This document shows, one piece after another, positions 1 through 8,899 of a DNA stretch of 64,000 nucleotides (within the stretch, counting starts at the first letter, position 1; each line of letters starts with the position of its first letter). The DNA is from a virus. Its lineage: Duplodnaviria > Caudoviricetes. Location of the stretch: IMG/VR virus record IMGVR_UViG_3300017914_003245, positions 13,471 to 77,470 of that record. One strand, given 5' to 3'. A program made the translations under genes and the position numbers. The notes below the pieces were generated by a model. The model saw only the letters and a program-made list of their open reading frames with translations, did not search any database and was not told where the DNA came from.

Positions 1-396
1 GCTGATAAAGAAGAAGAGGTTAAGGGAGAAAAGAGCGAAATGAATGATGAATTAAAAGACTTATATAGAGACATAGTTAAAGCTACTCATCCAGACATGA
101 CCAAAAACTTATCAGAGGAGGATATAGAACAGAGAAAAAAACTATACTTGGATGCAGTGCAAGGCAAAAAAGAAGGAAATTTCTGGGGAATACTAAAAGC
201 AGCGCTAGAATTAGATATGCCTATAAAGGAATTATCTTTCTCTTATTTAGAAGAGTTAGAGGATTCAATTAATAATTTAGAGGAAAATATTAAAATAATG
301 AAAAACGACCTTATGTATCAATGGTATTATGCGCCAGAAGGTATACAACTTAGTATATTTGAACAATTAACACAAAACCAAGAAAAATATGAATAA
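1..396 (+). CDS. J-domain-like protein (5' partial; frame is open from base 1)
   Basis: LYRDIVKATHPD contains the J-domain HPD motif. The frame has no stop between base 1 and the ATG at 40. Confidence 0.6.
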   Translation, partial: ADKEEEVKGEKSEMNDELKDLYRDIVKATHPDMTKNLSEEDIEQRKKLYLDAVQGKKEGNFWGILKAALELDMPIKELSFSYLEELEDSINNLEENIKIMKNDLMYQWYYAPEGIQLSIFEQLTQNQEKYE

Positions 397-398
397 TT

Positions 399-407
399 TG
401 TTATAAT
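399..407 (+). promoter_or_regulatory. Extended -10 promoter (TG-T-TATAAT)
   Basis: TGTTATAAT at 399-407, 5 nt before the ATG at 413. Confidence 0.55.
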
Positions 408-412
408 AATAT

Positions 413-601
413 ATGATAGAATTTTATAACGTAAAGAAAAAGAAGAAGGTGAATGTAGATCCGTCTAATGTATCAAAGCACGTCTATGAAAAAAAGACTA
501 AAGCAGGTAAGCTTTCTGTTCGTTACGCATTAAAAGCGGTTGACGAAGATGGAACTAAATTAACTAAATTTTGCAGTAAAGCAGATTACGATTCTGTGTG
601 A
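413..601 (+). CDS. Small basic protein, DUF5679-like but without Cys
   Basis: Pattern FYNVKKKKKV...T..G...ALKA...GTKL.KF resembles DUF5679. Confidence 0.4.
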   Translation: MIEFYNVKKKKKVNVDPSNVSKHVYEKKTKAGKLSVRYALKAVDEDGTKLTKFCSKADYDSV

Positions 602-602
602 A

Positions 603-3185
603 TTATTCAGAAACTATAAATGTTGCCGGAGTTGCGGTAGAAGTATTCGCAGCTCTATTGAGCTTATCCAAGTTGAATACGTGATCCCCATTTGAGTCTG
701 TAACTCCCAAAGAATTGCAGACTGTAAATTTATTGTTTATATCATAAGAGTTGTCTAGCTGCACACCATCTTCAAAGGGTTCGTGTTGATAGTACGTTCC
801 TCCATTTGGTGCAGATCCTCCTTCTGATAAATTTTCAAAAGTTATGTTGGAGCCTTGCGTAACAGTGGTTCCTATATCTGCAAGGCCGGCACCTATGCTA
901 GTTGGTGAGCAGCTAATAGTTCTTGCTATAAAGCCCTCAAGCTTATAGGTAGGATTTGTAGATATTGTAGTAGTCTCAATTCCTGCTAGGTTGACGGCGG
1001 AAACCTCCCAATAGAAAACTCCTTTTGTGTCTTGGTCTGTTATGGTCAGTGAGTATGCATTGCTTGATTTACCTACCCCTATTGCTGTTTGAGTTAATGA
1101 CGAAGGATTTGTTTGGTCTGAATCAACTGATAGAGAAGGATTGCTTAACATAATTTGAGATGTACTTAGGTAGAAATTATCTGAAGTTGCAGATGTAGAG
1201 GTCCTAAGTTGGCTGCTCAAATTATTGATTGAAATTGTTAATGGGGTATTCGCTATATTTATTATATCATAGACTTCAGTAACTGCTCCGTTTGAGAGCT
1301 TTGTGGCTTTAATTTTTAAATTATTTGATCCTCCGTCAATGTCTACATTGTATCCTCCGCTTGCATAATTTGCCTTTTTGAGTCCTTCGTATGTTGTATT
1401 GGATTCAATTGATAAATGATTTAATGGGGAGGAGTATTCTACTTCATCAAAATTTTCTACAATGTTTTCAAATTCTGCAAACTCTCCATTTTTAATTGCT
1501 TGCTGACCGGCAGGAAAAAATATTTCGTCAATTTGAATTGTTGGAATTGTTCCGTTTTCTATAACAGCAGTATCTGTAGTTGTAGCTTTATCACTTAATG
1601 TATTAAAATTATTTCGAGCTATAAAGCTGGCAGATTGGTTTCCATCTCTGGAAGCGTCCCCCAAAGTTCCGAAGACTTTGATAGGAATACTATATTCGAA
1701 ATTACCGTTAGGTAGGACTGTTGAGCTGTAGGAAGAATAACTTGTTTGTGATCCATTGGATATTCCTTCATTTCTTACTGATATTCGTATATCATTTATT
1801 CCAACTCCATTTCCGTCAACTTCTATTTTGGAATTAACTGTATCTCCCGCTTTCACTTCTGACTGGCCTATAATGTGTGGGGATGTGCTTGATGCGGCAA
1901 GAGAATCCATTTGGGTTGATACTATAACTGGGCCATTTGCTATTTTAACGTTTACGTATTCTGTGTCTGTAGCTCCGTTGTTTACTCTTTTAGCGGTAAT
2001 TTTTATATTGTCTTGGTTTGAATAAATGCCATCTTCATAGTTTACAATTTTTTGAAGTTCAAAGTCATTTGGATTGTTGATTGATATATCATCTGATAAA
2101 AGTTCATATGAAACTTCGTCTGTTCCATTGAGCCAATTTGATATACTATTGTTGAATGATGCAGATTCGTTTTCTCTGAGTCCATCTGTTCTTCCATTGT
2201 ATGAGGTTGGATCTGACGCTAAAAGCTCTGGGTATGTTTGGTCTAAGCTTCTGATTCCGCTATTGTGGCCATAGTCAGATGACTCTCTTAATTCTCCTGT
2301 ACTACCAAAACTATTTATTGCTTGTACTGCGACAGATAAATCTCCTTCTCTATCAGAAACGGTTACTGGGATTGTAGCTGTATATTTGCCGTTAAATTCT
2401 TCAAGATCGTAATAGGAAAAATCTATTTCATCTGCAACTCCGTAATCATGAATTTTTATAGAGGTTACATCATCTGTGTCAAACTCTACAAAAACATTAA
2501 TTTCATCTCCTTGTTTTAAATGAGTTTCTCCGAGTTCTTCTCCTGCTTTAGGGGTGGCATTTTCTACAGAATCTATATAAATATTTGTTGGTACTGGCCC
2601 GTAACCAAGTTCTATAATAGGTAGCACGAATTGTCTCCCGTTTGCTTCTCCTGTAATTTCAGTTTGTCCCGTTATGTTTACATTATCTAAATAACCTTCA
2701 AATCTTCTTGTGTCTGTTCCGAGTTCTTTGATATTTTCAAATGGAATGATCTCATTATTTATTTTTGCAACTCCAGAGTAAGTGGAATTTGGTCCATCCC
2801 AATGAATTGTGAATTTCATATCCTTAGCTGCCGCGACAGAAATCCCAGACAGGAACCTATTTGGGGTTGGGGTTTCATAATATGTTTTCTGGGTAACCCC
2901 AAGATTATCAACTGCGTCTGAAAAGTATATAAATTTTGAGGAGCCTTCTATAGTTTGATCTCTTACGTCTTGTAGGGTCGCGACTCTAAGGTTATTGAAT
3001 TTTAGTTCTTGTTTAAAATCTCCAGAAATAAAAGATACAGCATCCGTTGTTCTTACGTTTTGGTCTGGAGAGAAATTTAAACCTCCTATATGAATATTAT
3101 CAAAATGACCCTCCGACCAAGCTTTATAGGATCGTCCGATACCCCCTTCTCCGCTGTTTCTTGGTACTAAAAATCTTGTTGCCAT
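603..3185 (-). CDS. Putative virion fibre/decoration protein with duplicated Ig-like units
   Basis: 860 aa, beta-rich. Starts MATRFLVPRNSGEGGIG, like phage fibre anchors. Has an internal two-domain duplication and an upstream AGTGTAA motif. Confidence 0.55.
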   Translation of the reverse strand: MATRFLVPRNSGEGGIGRSYKAWSEGHFDNIHIGGLNFSPDQNVRTTDAVSFISGDFKQELKFNNLRVATLQDVRDQTIEGSSKFIYFSDAVDNLGVTQKTYYETPTPNRFLSGISVAAAKDMKFTIHWDGPNSTYSGVAKINNEIIPFENIKELGTDTRRFEGYLDNVNITGQTEITGEANGRQFVLPIIELGYGPVPTNIYIDSVENATPKAGEELGETHLKQGDEINVFVEFDTDDVTSIKIHDYGVADEIDFSYYDLEEFNGKYTATIPVTVSDREGDLSVAVQAINSFGSTGELRESSDYGHNSGIRSLDQTYPELLASDPTSYNGRTDGLRENESASFNNSISNWLNGTDEVSYELLSDDISINNPNDFELQKIVNYEDGIYSNQDNIKITAKRVNNGATDTEYVNVKIANGPVIVSTQMDSLAASSTSPHIIGQSEVKAGDTVNSKIEVDGNGVGINDIRISVRNEGISNGSQTSYSSYSSTVLPNGNFEYSIPIKVFGTLGDASRDGNQSASFIARNNFNTLSDKATTTDTAVIENGTIPTIQIDEIFFPAGQQAIKNGEFAEFENIVENFDEVEYSSPLNHLSIESNTTYEGLKKANYASGGYNVDIDGGSNNLKIKATKLSNGAVTEVYDIINIANTPLTISINNLSSQLRTSTSATSDNFYLSTSQIMLSNPSLSVDSDQTNPSSLTQTAIGVGKSSNAYSLTITDQDTKGVFYWEVSAVNLAGIETTTISTNPTYKLEGFIARTISCSPTSIGAGLADIGTTVTQGSNITFENLSEGGSAPNGGTYYQHEPFEDGVQLDNSYDINNKFTVCNSLGVTDSNGDHVFNLDKLNRAANTSTATPATFIVSE

Positions 3186-3208
3186 CTTATTTGTTACACT
3201 TATTATAT

Positions 3209-3577
3209 CTAAAATGATATCTCATCTGTAAAAGCTTCCGGGCCAGTATTGAATCTAAAATGATTGTGTCTCAACGTTAAGTCTTCAGCGCTTGTGAGTA
3301 CCCAGTGAGTATCTATTATTCCTTCTGCGTCTGTAGGGGTTATATCACCTTGTTCGTTTTCTTCAAAAGCTTCATTTAGATCATAAAATACAAAGTTTTT
3401 TATTTTTACATCACCAGTAATATAATCTATAAAGTTTATGCCGCTAATTTCTAAATTTGCTGGGGCATTAACTGATTGTCTGCTTAATTCAAATAGTGGC
3501 TCAAATTGGTTGTCTCCAATAACATATTGATCTTGCCCTATTTTTTTGAGGGGCTCTCTTATTTTTTTAAAGTCCAT
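3209..3577 (-). CDS. Hypothetical protein (probably late/structural)
   Basis: 122-aa acidic ORF that overlaps the upstream gene by 1 nt. Confidence 0.6.
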   Translation of the reverse strand: MDFKKIREPLKKIGQDQYVIGDNQFEPLFELSRQSVNAPANLEISGINFIDYITGDVKIKNFVFYDLNEAFEENEQGDITPTDAEGIIDTHWVLTSAEDLTLRHNHFRFNTGPEAFTDEISF

Positions 3578-4449
3578 TATCTATTATATGCGTCAGATTC
3601 GCCAGTTTCTCGATAAGTAATATTATAGGTTATGTCAAACCCAGAAATAGTGTGCGGTCTTTTTACGTAAATTCTTCTAGCTTCATCTATACTTAATGTG
3701 ACGGAAGAATCTGAATATAAATATAAGATTCCGTCGTTTTCTTTATCTCCCGCTAATTCATCTTCGTAAGTTTTGTCTATAGTATGAAATTGAATTGGAT
3801 ATGGAGAGTCATTGAATAATGTAATACTATCTGCGAGTCCTGCATCATACAATTCTGAGAAATCTGTAAGTTCATAAGAATTAATTGGGCTTGCGTCTTG
3901 ATTAACAAACCTTAATCCATATCTTGTGTCGGTATGAAATGTTTCTTTGGTGTCAATATCTCTGTTTTCTGGAGTTGATTCTGAGTGAATATAATGGTTT
4001 ACATGTCCAGTTTCGAGCATGCTTGGATTTGTTCTTCCGTTTTGATAGTATATGTTATATATATCATCCATTATCCCTCTGTCTACCCCGTATGTATCTC
4101 CTTCTTGAATGCCATATCTGTCATCATAGGAAATATCTTCCATTAGAATGAAATCTTCTTCTATTGATCTAACCACTGTTTTTGTAATTAATCTATAGTT
4201 TTCTCCAAGACCTTGAGAAAAAACCTCTTCTATGCCTGAGGTTAGTCCTGATATTAAATCAGAAAAGTTTTTAATGTCAAAATCTCCACCACCTATAATG
4301 CCATTTCCGCCTAGACCTCCAGTGAATGGTTGCCACCTAGAGTCTTCAGGGGACCAGCTGTAAATAAATGAAGCTTGAGGAGAAAGTGAGTCAAGCCTTG
4401 TTATGTCCCCATATAGAGGATTATTCTTAAAATATTCTGCATCTGACAT
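3577..4449 (-). CDS. Hypothetical protein (probably late/structural)
   Basis: 290-aa acidic ORF with AGTGTAA 11 nt upstream. Confidence 0.6.
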   Translation of the reverse strand: MSDAEYFKNNPLYGDITRLDSLSPQASFIYSWSPEDSRWQPFTGGLGGNGIIGGGDFDIKNFSDLISGLTSGIEEVFSQGLGENYRLITKTVVRSIEEDFILMEDISYDDRYGIQEGDTYGVDRGIMDDIYNIYYQNGRTNPSMLETGHVNHYIHSESTPENRDIDTKETFHTDTRYGLRFVNQDASPINSYELTDFSELYDAGLADSITLFNDSPYPIQFHTIDKTYEDELAGDKENDGILYLYSDSSVTLSIDEARRIYVKRPHTISGFDITYNITYRETGESDAYNR

Positions 4450-4473
4450 CTCAGATGCTATTACACTTTTTTT

Positions 4474-4818
4474 CTAGCCCTTGTCGAGAGGATGTTTAAT
4501 TCCTCTTCTTTTCTTGCTGTATTCCTTAAAGTATTTTTTTTGAACGGGGTCGTACCCAAGTTTATCTTTGCGTTTTTGGCTCATTTCTTTGCTGTGATCC
4601 ATGATGTCTCCATATGTGCCTTTTTGATTACCTGTTTTATTGATAAACGCATGATTATCAAAGGGGTCTGTTTGAGAGTCTATGCTTGTTTGAGGACTGT
4701 GAAATACGCGCTTCCACTCTACCCCTTCTTTGTCTACATATACGTGTTGATCATTCATTCCTTGTAATACATCTATGGTTTCAGATGTCACTGGGTGTTC
4801 GTATGTATAAAGAGGCAT
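4474..4818 (-). CDS. FmdB-like regulatory protein (Cys-less variant)
   Basis: N-terminus MPLYTYEHPVTSETIDVLQGMND matches the FmdB-type MPxYxY start. Confidence 0.55.
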   Translation of the reverse strand: MPLYTYEHPVTSETIDVLQGMNDQHVYVDKEGVEWKRVFHSPQTSIDSQTDPFDNHAFINKTGNQKGTYGDIMDHSKEMSQKRKDKLGYDPVQKKYFKEYSKKRRGIKHPLDKG

Positions 4819-5894
4819 TAGTTTAATATTTTATTTAATGTATTTACATAGGTGAATTTATCTTTTAATTTTTCACCTTCTGTATTGTTTATTTTACATT
4901 TTGTTTCTGCTTTTTCCATGGCTGATATGAATTCATCTTCGTCAAAAGTACTTATATTACCTTGATTAAATGGACTATTTTTATGAAAGAATATGTCGTC
5001 ATAAATGGGCTCTGATCCATTTGGTTCAACTAAGATAGAGTTTTCTTTTGTAGCCCAATCTTTGTGGCTTGTTGAGTTTAAAACTACACTCCATTTTCCT
5101 AGGCATGTAGCGTTAAATGATGGAAGGTTCCAACCTTCTGCGCCACTCATTCCGCCAAGGTCGATATCTATAGAGTTTAGATAATCATTAACTTCTGAGT
5201 TCTTTGGCATAAATGGCAGAAAGTTAATGTTTCCGTATCTTTTTCCCTGAAGTACATTGCTTAATGTGTTCTGCATGTCTTCCTTCTTATAGAAAGGGTT
5301 TGATACGCAACAGGTAAGTTGATAATTGTAATTATTACCATATTTTTTAGCCCAGCATCTAATTATTTTTTCTGTATGCTTTCTCTTCTCAAATTTCCCC
5401 ATAAGGCCAAAATGTATTTTATTGGGAAGGTATTCTTTGTTTGTCTTATGAAAAGATTCATCAAATCCTAGAGGAGCATAATGAGAATCTTTGAATCTTT
5501 CTGCAGCGTGAGAACTACTAAAGACACATTTATCTTGAACTCTTGCTAAACTGATTTCCGCCTCGGTAGGTTCGTCAAGCTCATAAAAAGTATAAAGGAT
5601 TTGCCTGCTAGTAATTCTATGCTCAGATCCATTAAGGTGCCACATTTGTAATGTGGTTAAATCTTTTTCGAGTTTTTTATATCTGTTTTTGCCTGCCTCT
5701 TCGAGCCATTTTTTAAATTCAGAATCTTCTTCAGAAAATGCAGAGGCGTCAATTTTACCTATTGGAAAAAAAGCTACATCCATATTTAATTTAAACATGG
5801 ATTTGAGTAGGTTATAAGATACATTACCAAAAGATAATGTATTTATTGGACCTTTGTATACTAATCTATCCATATCAGAATGGGATATCTGCAA
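4818..5894 (-). CDS. Glycosyltransferase, GT4/GT-B family
   Basis: FGLMGKFEKRKHT and AEGWNLPSFNATCLGK match the GT4 R/K and ExFGLPxxEA-type motifs. Confidence 0.8.
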   Translation of the reverse strand: MQISHSDMDRLVYKGPINTLSFGNVSYNLLKSMFKLNMDVAFFPIGKIDASAFSEEDSEFKKWLEEAGKNRYKKLEKDLTTLQMWHLNGSEHRITSRQILYTFYELDEPTEAEISLARVQDKCVFSSSHAAERFKDSHYAPLGFDESFHKTNKEYLPNKIHFGLMGKFEKRKHTEKIIRCWAKKYGNNYNYQLTCCVSNPFYKKEDMQNTLSNVLQGKRYGNINFLPFMPKNSEVNDYLNSIDIDLGGMSGAEGWNLPSFNATCLGKWSVVLNSTSHKDWATKENSILVEPNGSEPIYDDIFFHKNSPFNQGNISTFDEDEFISAMEKAETKCKINNTEGEKLKDKFTYVNTLNKILN

Positions 5895-6249
5895 ACTCGT
5901 CTTCAGCTTCTTCGGCTTTGGGTTCTTGATTTGAACTTTGTTCTTGTTCGGATTTATCTAAAAAAGTAACTTTTTCTGCAACGCAGTATGTTCTTGTTCT
6001 ATTTTCTCCTTCTTTGGTTTTCCAGCTGCTAGATGCAAGCCTACCTTCGACTAGAACTTTTCTACCTTTACTTAGAAATCTATTGCAATTTTCTGCGACA
6101 CTATTCCAAGTTTCAATGTCTATGTAGAAAACGCTATTATTTACTTTATTGTTTATTGCGATAGCAAAATCGCAGACTTTGTTGTCTCCTTTGACCTCCC
6201 TAAACTTTGGGTCTCGGGTTAAATTTCCTAATGCTATATATTTATTCAT
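5875..6249 (-). CDS. ssb: Single-stranded DNA-binding protein
   Basis: GNLTRDP, FAIAINN, KGRKVLVEGRL and an acidic DEFADIPF tail. Confidence 0.92.
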   Translation of the reverse strand: MNKYIALGNLTRDPKFREVKGDNKVCDFAIAINNKVNNSVFYIDIETWNSVAENCNRFLSKGRKVLVEGRLASSSWKTKEGENRTRTYCVAEKVTFLDKSEQEQSSNQEPKAEEAEDEFADIPF

Positions 6250-6842
6250 ATTTCTTGTAATAATTCTTGTTGTAAATCTTCTACTACAGAGTTATGTATA
6301 TTAATACATCCCTGTATGCTTAAGTTCATTTGATCTCCTATTTGTTTCCATGGCATAACTTTATTTTTACTTCCAGTAATATACCTCATTTCGAATATTT
6401 TTTCAACTCTTTTGTCGGGGTGGTCTTTTATTACCTTAAAAACTTTATTAAGGATGTCTTGCTTTACGCATTCAGAAAAGGTGTCTGATTCCATCTCTTC
6501 CGTCTCTGCCATGTTTTCGATATATTCACTATGCCAGACGGGTCTTCTTTTGTTTCTGTTATATAAATTTAAGCACATCCATTTCGTTTCATTTCCGAGG
6601 TAGGTGCTAAATTTTGCGCCTTTGTTTTTATTGAATTTTATTGCTGCAGAATATATTCTGTATTCTTTATCTTCTATCAGCTCATTGTAATCAATAAATG
6701 GATTATTAGGGCTAGCATATGAATTTACCATATCAAGATATATTCCACTATGCCTGTCTATTAATTCTTTTAGGCTGTCTTCAATTTCTTTGTTTGATTG
6801 AATGTTGTCTATTAAGTCTTGATCGCTATTTTCGTTGCTCAT
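6246..6842 (-). CDS. Sigma-70-like RNA polymerase sigma factor
   Basis: Region-2-like AAIKFNKNKGAKFSTYL and region-4 HTH MPWKQIGDQMNLSIQGC. Confidence 0.75.
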   Translation of the reverse strand: MSNENSDQDLIDNIQSNKEIEDSLKELIDRHSGIYLDMVNSYASPNNPFIDYNELIEDKEYRIYSAAIKFNKNKGAKFSTYLGNETKWMCLNLYNRNKRRPVWHSEYIENMAETEEMESDTFSECVKQDILNKVFKVIKDHPDKRVEKIFEMRYITGSKNKVMPWKQIGDQMNLSIQGCINIHNSVVEDLQQELLQEI

Positions 6843-7387
6843 GTTATAGATGATAAAACATTGTTTACTTTATTCGAGACTTCATCCATATTTTCTGATT
6901 CAAAATCTTTCCATGAAATATGAAAGTCTGATTTATTTTTAAGTATAGGGTCATTGTCTAGCTCTTCTTGGTTTGGTGCGATGTTACCAGATCTTGTTAT
7001 GTGAACTGTTTCTCCGCCCATCTCATGAACCCAGTCTATCTCATTCTCGAATCTAACATCTGTTACAAAAACATATGTATCTTGATCTAAATCAGCCAGT
7101 ATATCGTTTTGAATTTTATTGATCCAACAATCTGGGTCAAGCTTTCTTCTAATGTGTGTTCCGTATGTAACCAAGAATGGTCTGATTATTTCTTTCTCTA
7201 TTTGTTTTTCAGTAAATGCTGAGATACCGACATATTTTGCCAGCAGTTCATCTGCTTCTTGTTTTAAAGCATCTGCAAAAGCATACCTCTTGTGTTTCTT
7301 TCCAGCTGATGCAAAGAATGGTTTTGAGAAATTATAAAAACTATCTTTGCCGCATCGAGCTAAGCCACAGATTCCTACTAGTTTCAT
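6839..7387 (-). CDS. Deoxynucleoside monophosphate kinase
   Basis: P-loop GLARCGKD, FADALK, and VTDVRFENE. Confidence 0.82.
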   Translation of the reverse strand: MKLVGICGLARCGKDSFYNFSKPFFASAGKKHKRYAFADALKQEADELLAKYVGISAFTEKQIEKEIIRPFLVTYGTHIRRKLDPDCWINKIQNDILADLDQDTYVFVTDVRFENEIDWVHEMGGETVHITRSGNIAPNQEELDNDPILKNKSDFHISWKDFESENMDEVSNKVNNVLSSIT

Positions 7388-7389
7388 AA

Positions 7390-7686
7390 CTAAGCACCAA
7401 ATACAAGTTTAACGTTCGATGACAGGTCATGTAGCCCTGCGTTTGCCAGCATGCGAGATACGCTATGATATGATATCAAGTCATCGAATTCATCTTCCAT
7501 AGCATCTGCTTTTAGCTCATGAGATATCATTACCGAAGAAAGCTTTAAATTCTTGCCGTGTTTATTTATCATTTCCCTGATAGCCTCAGTGCAGGCTTCA
7601 GTCTCGTCATCGGCCTGAATTATCACCGACCAGTCTGAGCAACGAATCATATAATATTTTCCATCACTTAAATCTATAATTTTCAT
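7390..7686 (-). CDS. Hypothetical protein (likely start 7686, MKIIDLSDGK)
   Basis: The ORF track starts at 7785, but that extension runs through the promoter and AT-rich intergenic DNA. Confidence 0.6.
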   Translation of the reverse strand: MKIIDLSDGKYYMIRCSDWSVIIQADDETEACTEAIREMINKHGKNLKLSSVMISHELKADAMEDEFDDLISYHSVSRMLANAGLHDLSSNVKLVFGA

Positions 7687-7692
7687 ACAGCA

Positions 7693-7721
7693 AGTATACC
7701 ACCATTTCATCAATTTGTCAA
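7693..7721 (-). promoter_or_regulatory. Sigma-70 promoter TTGACA-17-TATACT with extended -10
   Basis: TTGACA at 7721-7716, TG-G-TATACT ending at 7693, and the ATG at 7686. Confidence 0.8.
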
Positions 7722-7823
7722 TTCTTATATTTATATATAATAATAAAAAATATTCAATGTATACGTATTGATTAACATTGTACAATTTTTTGAATGTCGA
7801 AGATTGAATTTTTTGAATTTTAC

Positions 7824-7852
7824 TTGACAGAAAATGATTTTTAAACTAATAT
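7824..7852 (+). promoter_or_regulatory. Sigma-70 promoter TTGACA-17-TAATAT
   Basis: TTGACA 7824-7829, TAATAT 7847-7852, ATG at 7860. Confidence 0.75.
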
Positions 7853-7859
7853 TGTTTGC

Positions 7860-8168
7860 ATGAAAAAATTCACACAGATACCAAATGCAATCCAGGAAGA
7901 CATAGTAAGCGGCAAATTAATCGGCAACGATTTAGTCGTTTACAATTATCTTGTATCAAAGGCTGCGCACGGAAGACCTATTTTTTATACGAACGAAAGA
8001 ATAGGAAAAGATTTAGGGGGAATGTCTTACGGAAAAATTTCAGCCAGTTTATCTAGGCTTAAAAAAGCTAAGCATATTTCTAGATTTAAGACTTACAATC
8101 GAACCGCCACCAAACTTGAGACTGCCGTTTTACAGGGCGGGAAAATTATTATAAGGGGAGAAGGATGA
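7860..8168 (+). CDS. Winged HTH DNA-binding protein (replication-initiator N-terminal-like)
   Basis: FTQIPN start, LVVYNYL, and TNERIGKDLGGMSYGKISASLSRLKKAKHI HTH. Confidence 0.6.
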   Translation: MKKFTQIPNAIQEDIVSGKLIGNDLVVYNYLVSKAAHGRPIFYTNERIGKDLGGMSYGKISASLSRLKKAKHISRFKTYNRTATKLETAVLQGGKIIIRGEG

Positions 8169-8899
8169 AGGTAGCTCTTTGTTTTAGTGGTAAGTTGGGC
8201 AAATGGAAAGATGCCAGAGATTCAATAGTTGAAAAAATAATCAAACCACTCAACCCTGATATTTTTCTATTTACCTGGGAAGAAGAGAAATACAACAAAT
8301 TCATTAACTACTACAAGCCAGTCAGGTTTTCAATACTCGATTACGATAGGTACTCAAGTAAAATGAAAAGCGCTTCGATAGATATTTGGTCAGGAATAAA
8401 ACCAATGACCTTCGGAATGAAAAAGGTTTTTCAAGTATTCAGCGATTATTGTAAGGTGCATAAAAAAGAATATGATATCGTCATAAGACTAAGGCCTGAC
8501 CTCGAAATTATTGACCCTATAAAGACACATGAAATAAAAGATGCAATAAAAAGACCTCACATCAAAATGCCTTTTTACGAAGGTCATAAGATATACGACC
8601 ATGAAGAAGAATTAAAAAAAGAATTTTCCTTCAGCTTTGTTTACGAAAAAGCGATCTTGCCAGATCAAATTAACGACCAAATTGCACTAGGACCTCCCAG
8701 TAAAATGAAAAAATATATGAACTGTTTTGATAAAATTGAAGAGCCTGCTTTATTCATGTGGAATAATGGATATCCAGACTACATGTGTAGGATACCAGAA
8801 TGCATACTAACTATGTTTTTAAAATTAAACAACATTAAATACGCCCCACTAACAGGGTCATCTAAATTTGGGAATTTTCAAACAAAACTTTTAAAATGA
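8165..8899 (+). CDS. Putative glycosyltransferase-like protein
   Basis: KVALCFSG, DIFLFTW and YDIVIRLRPDL are motifs of a family found in glycan loci. Confidence 0.5.
   Translation: MKVALCFSGKLGKWKDARDSIVEKIIKPLNPDIFLFTWEEEKYNKFINYYKPVRFSILDYDRYSSKMKSASIDIWSGIKPMTFGMKKVFQVFSDYCKVHKKEYDIVIRLRPDLEIIDPIKTHEIKDAIKRPHIKMPFYEGHKIYDHEEELKKEFSFSFVYEKAILPDQINDQIALGPPSKMKKYMNCFDKIEEPALFMWNNGYPDYMCRIPECILTMFLKLNNIKYAPLTGSSKFGNFQTKLLK

Noticed and set aside
7687-7785. N-terminal extension of the 7390-7785 ORF
   Set aside because: It runs through promoter and AT-rich intergenic DNA. ATG 7686 fits the promoter.
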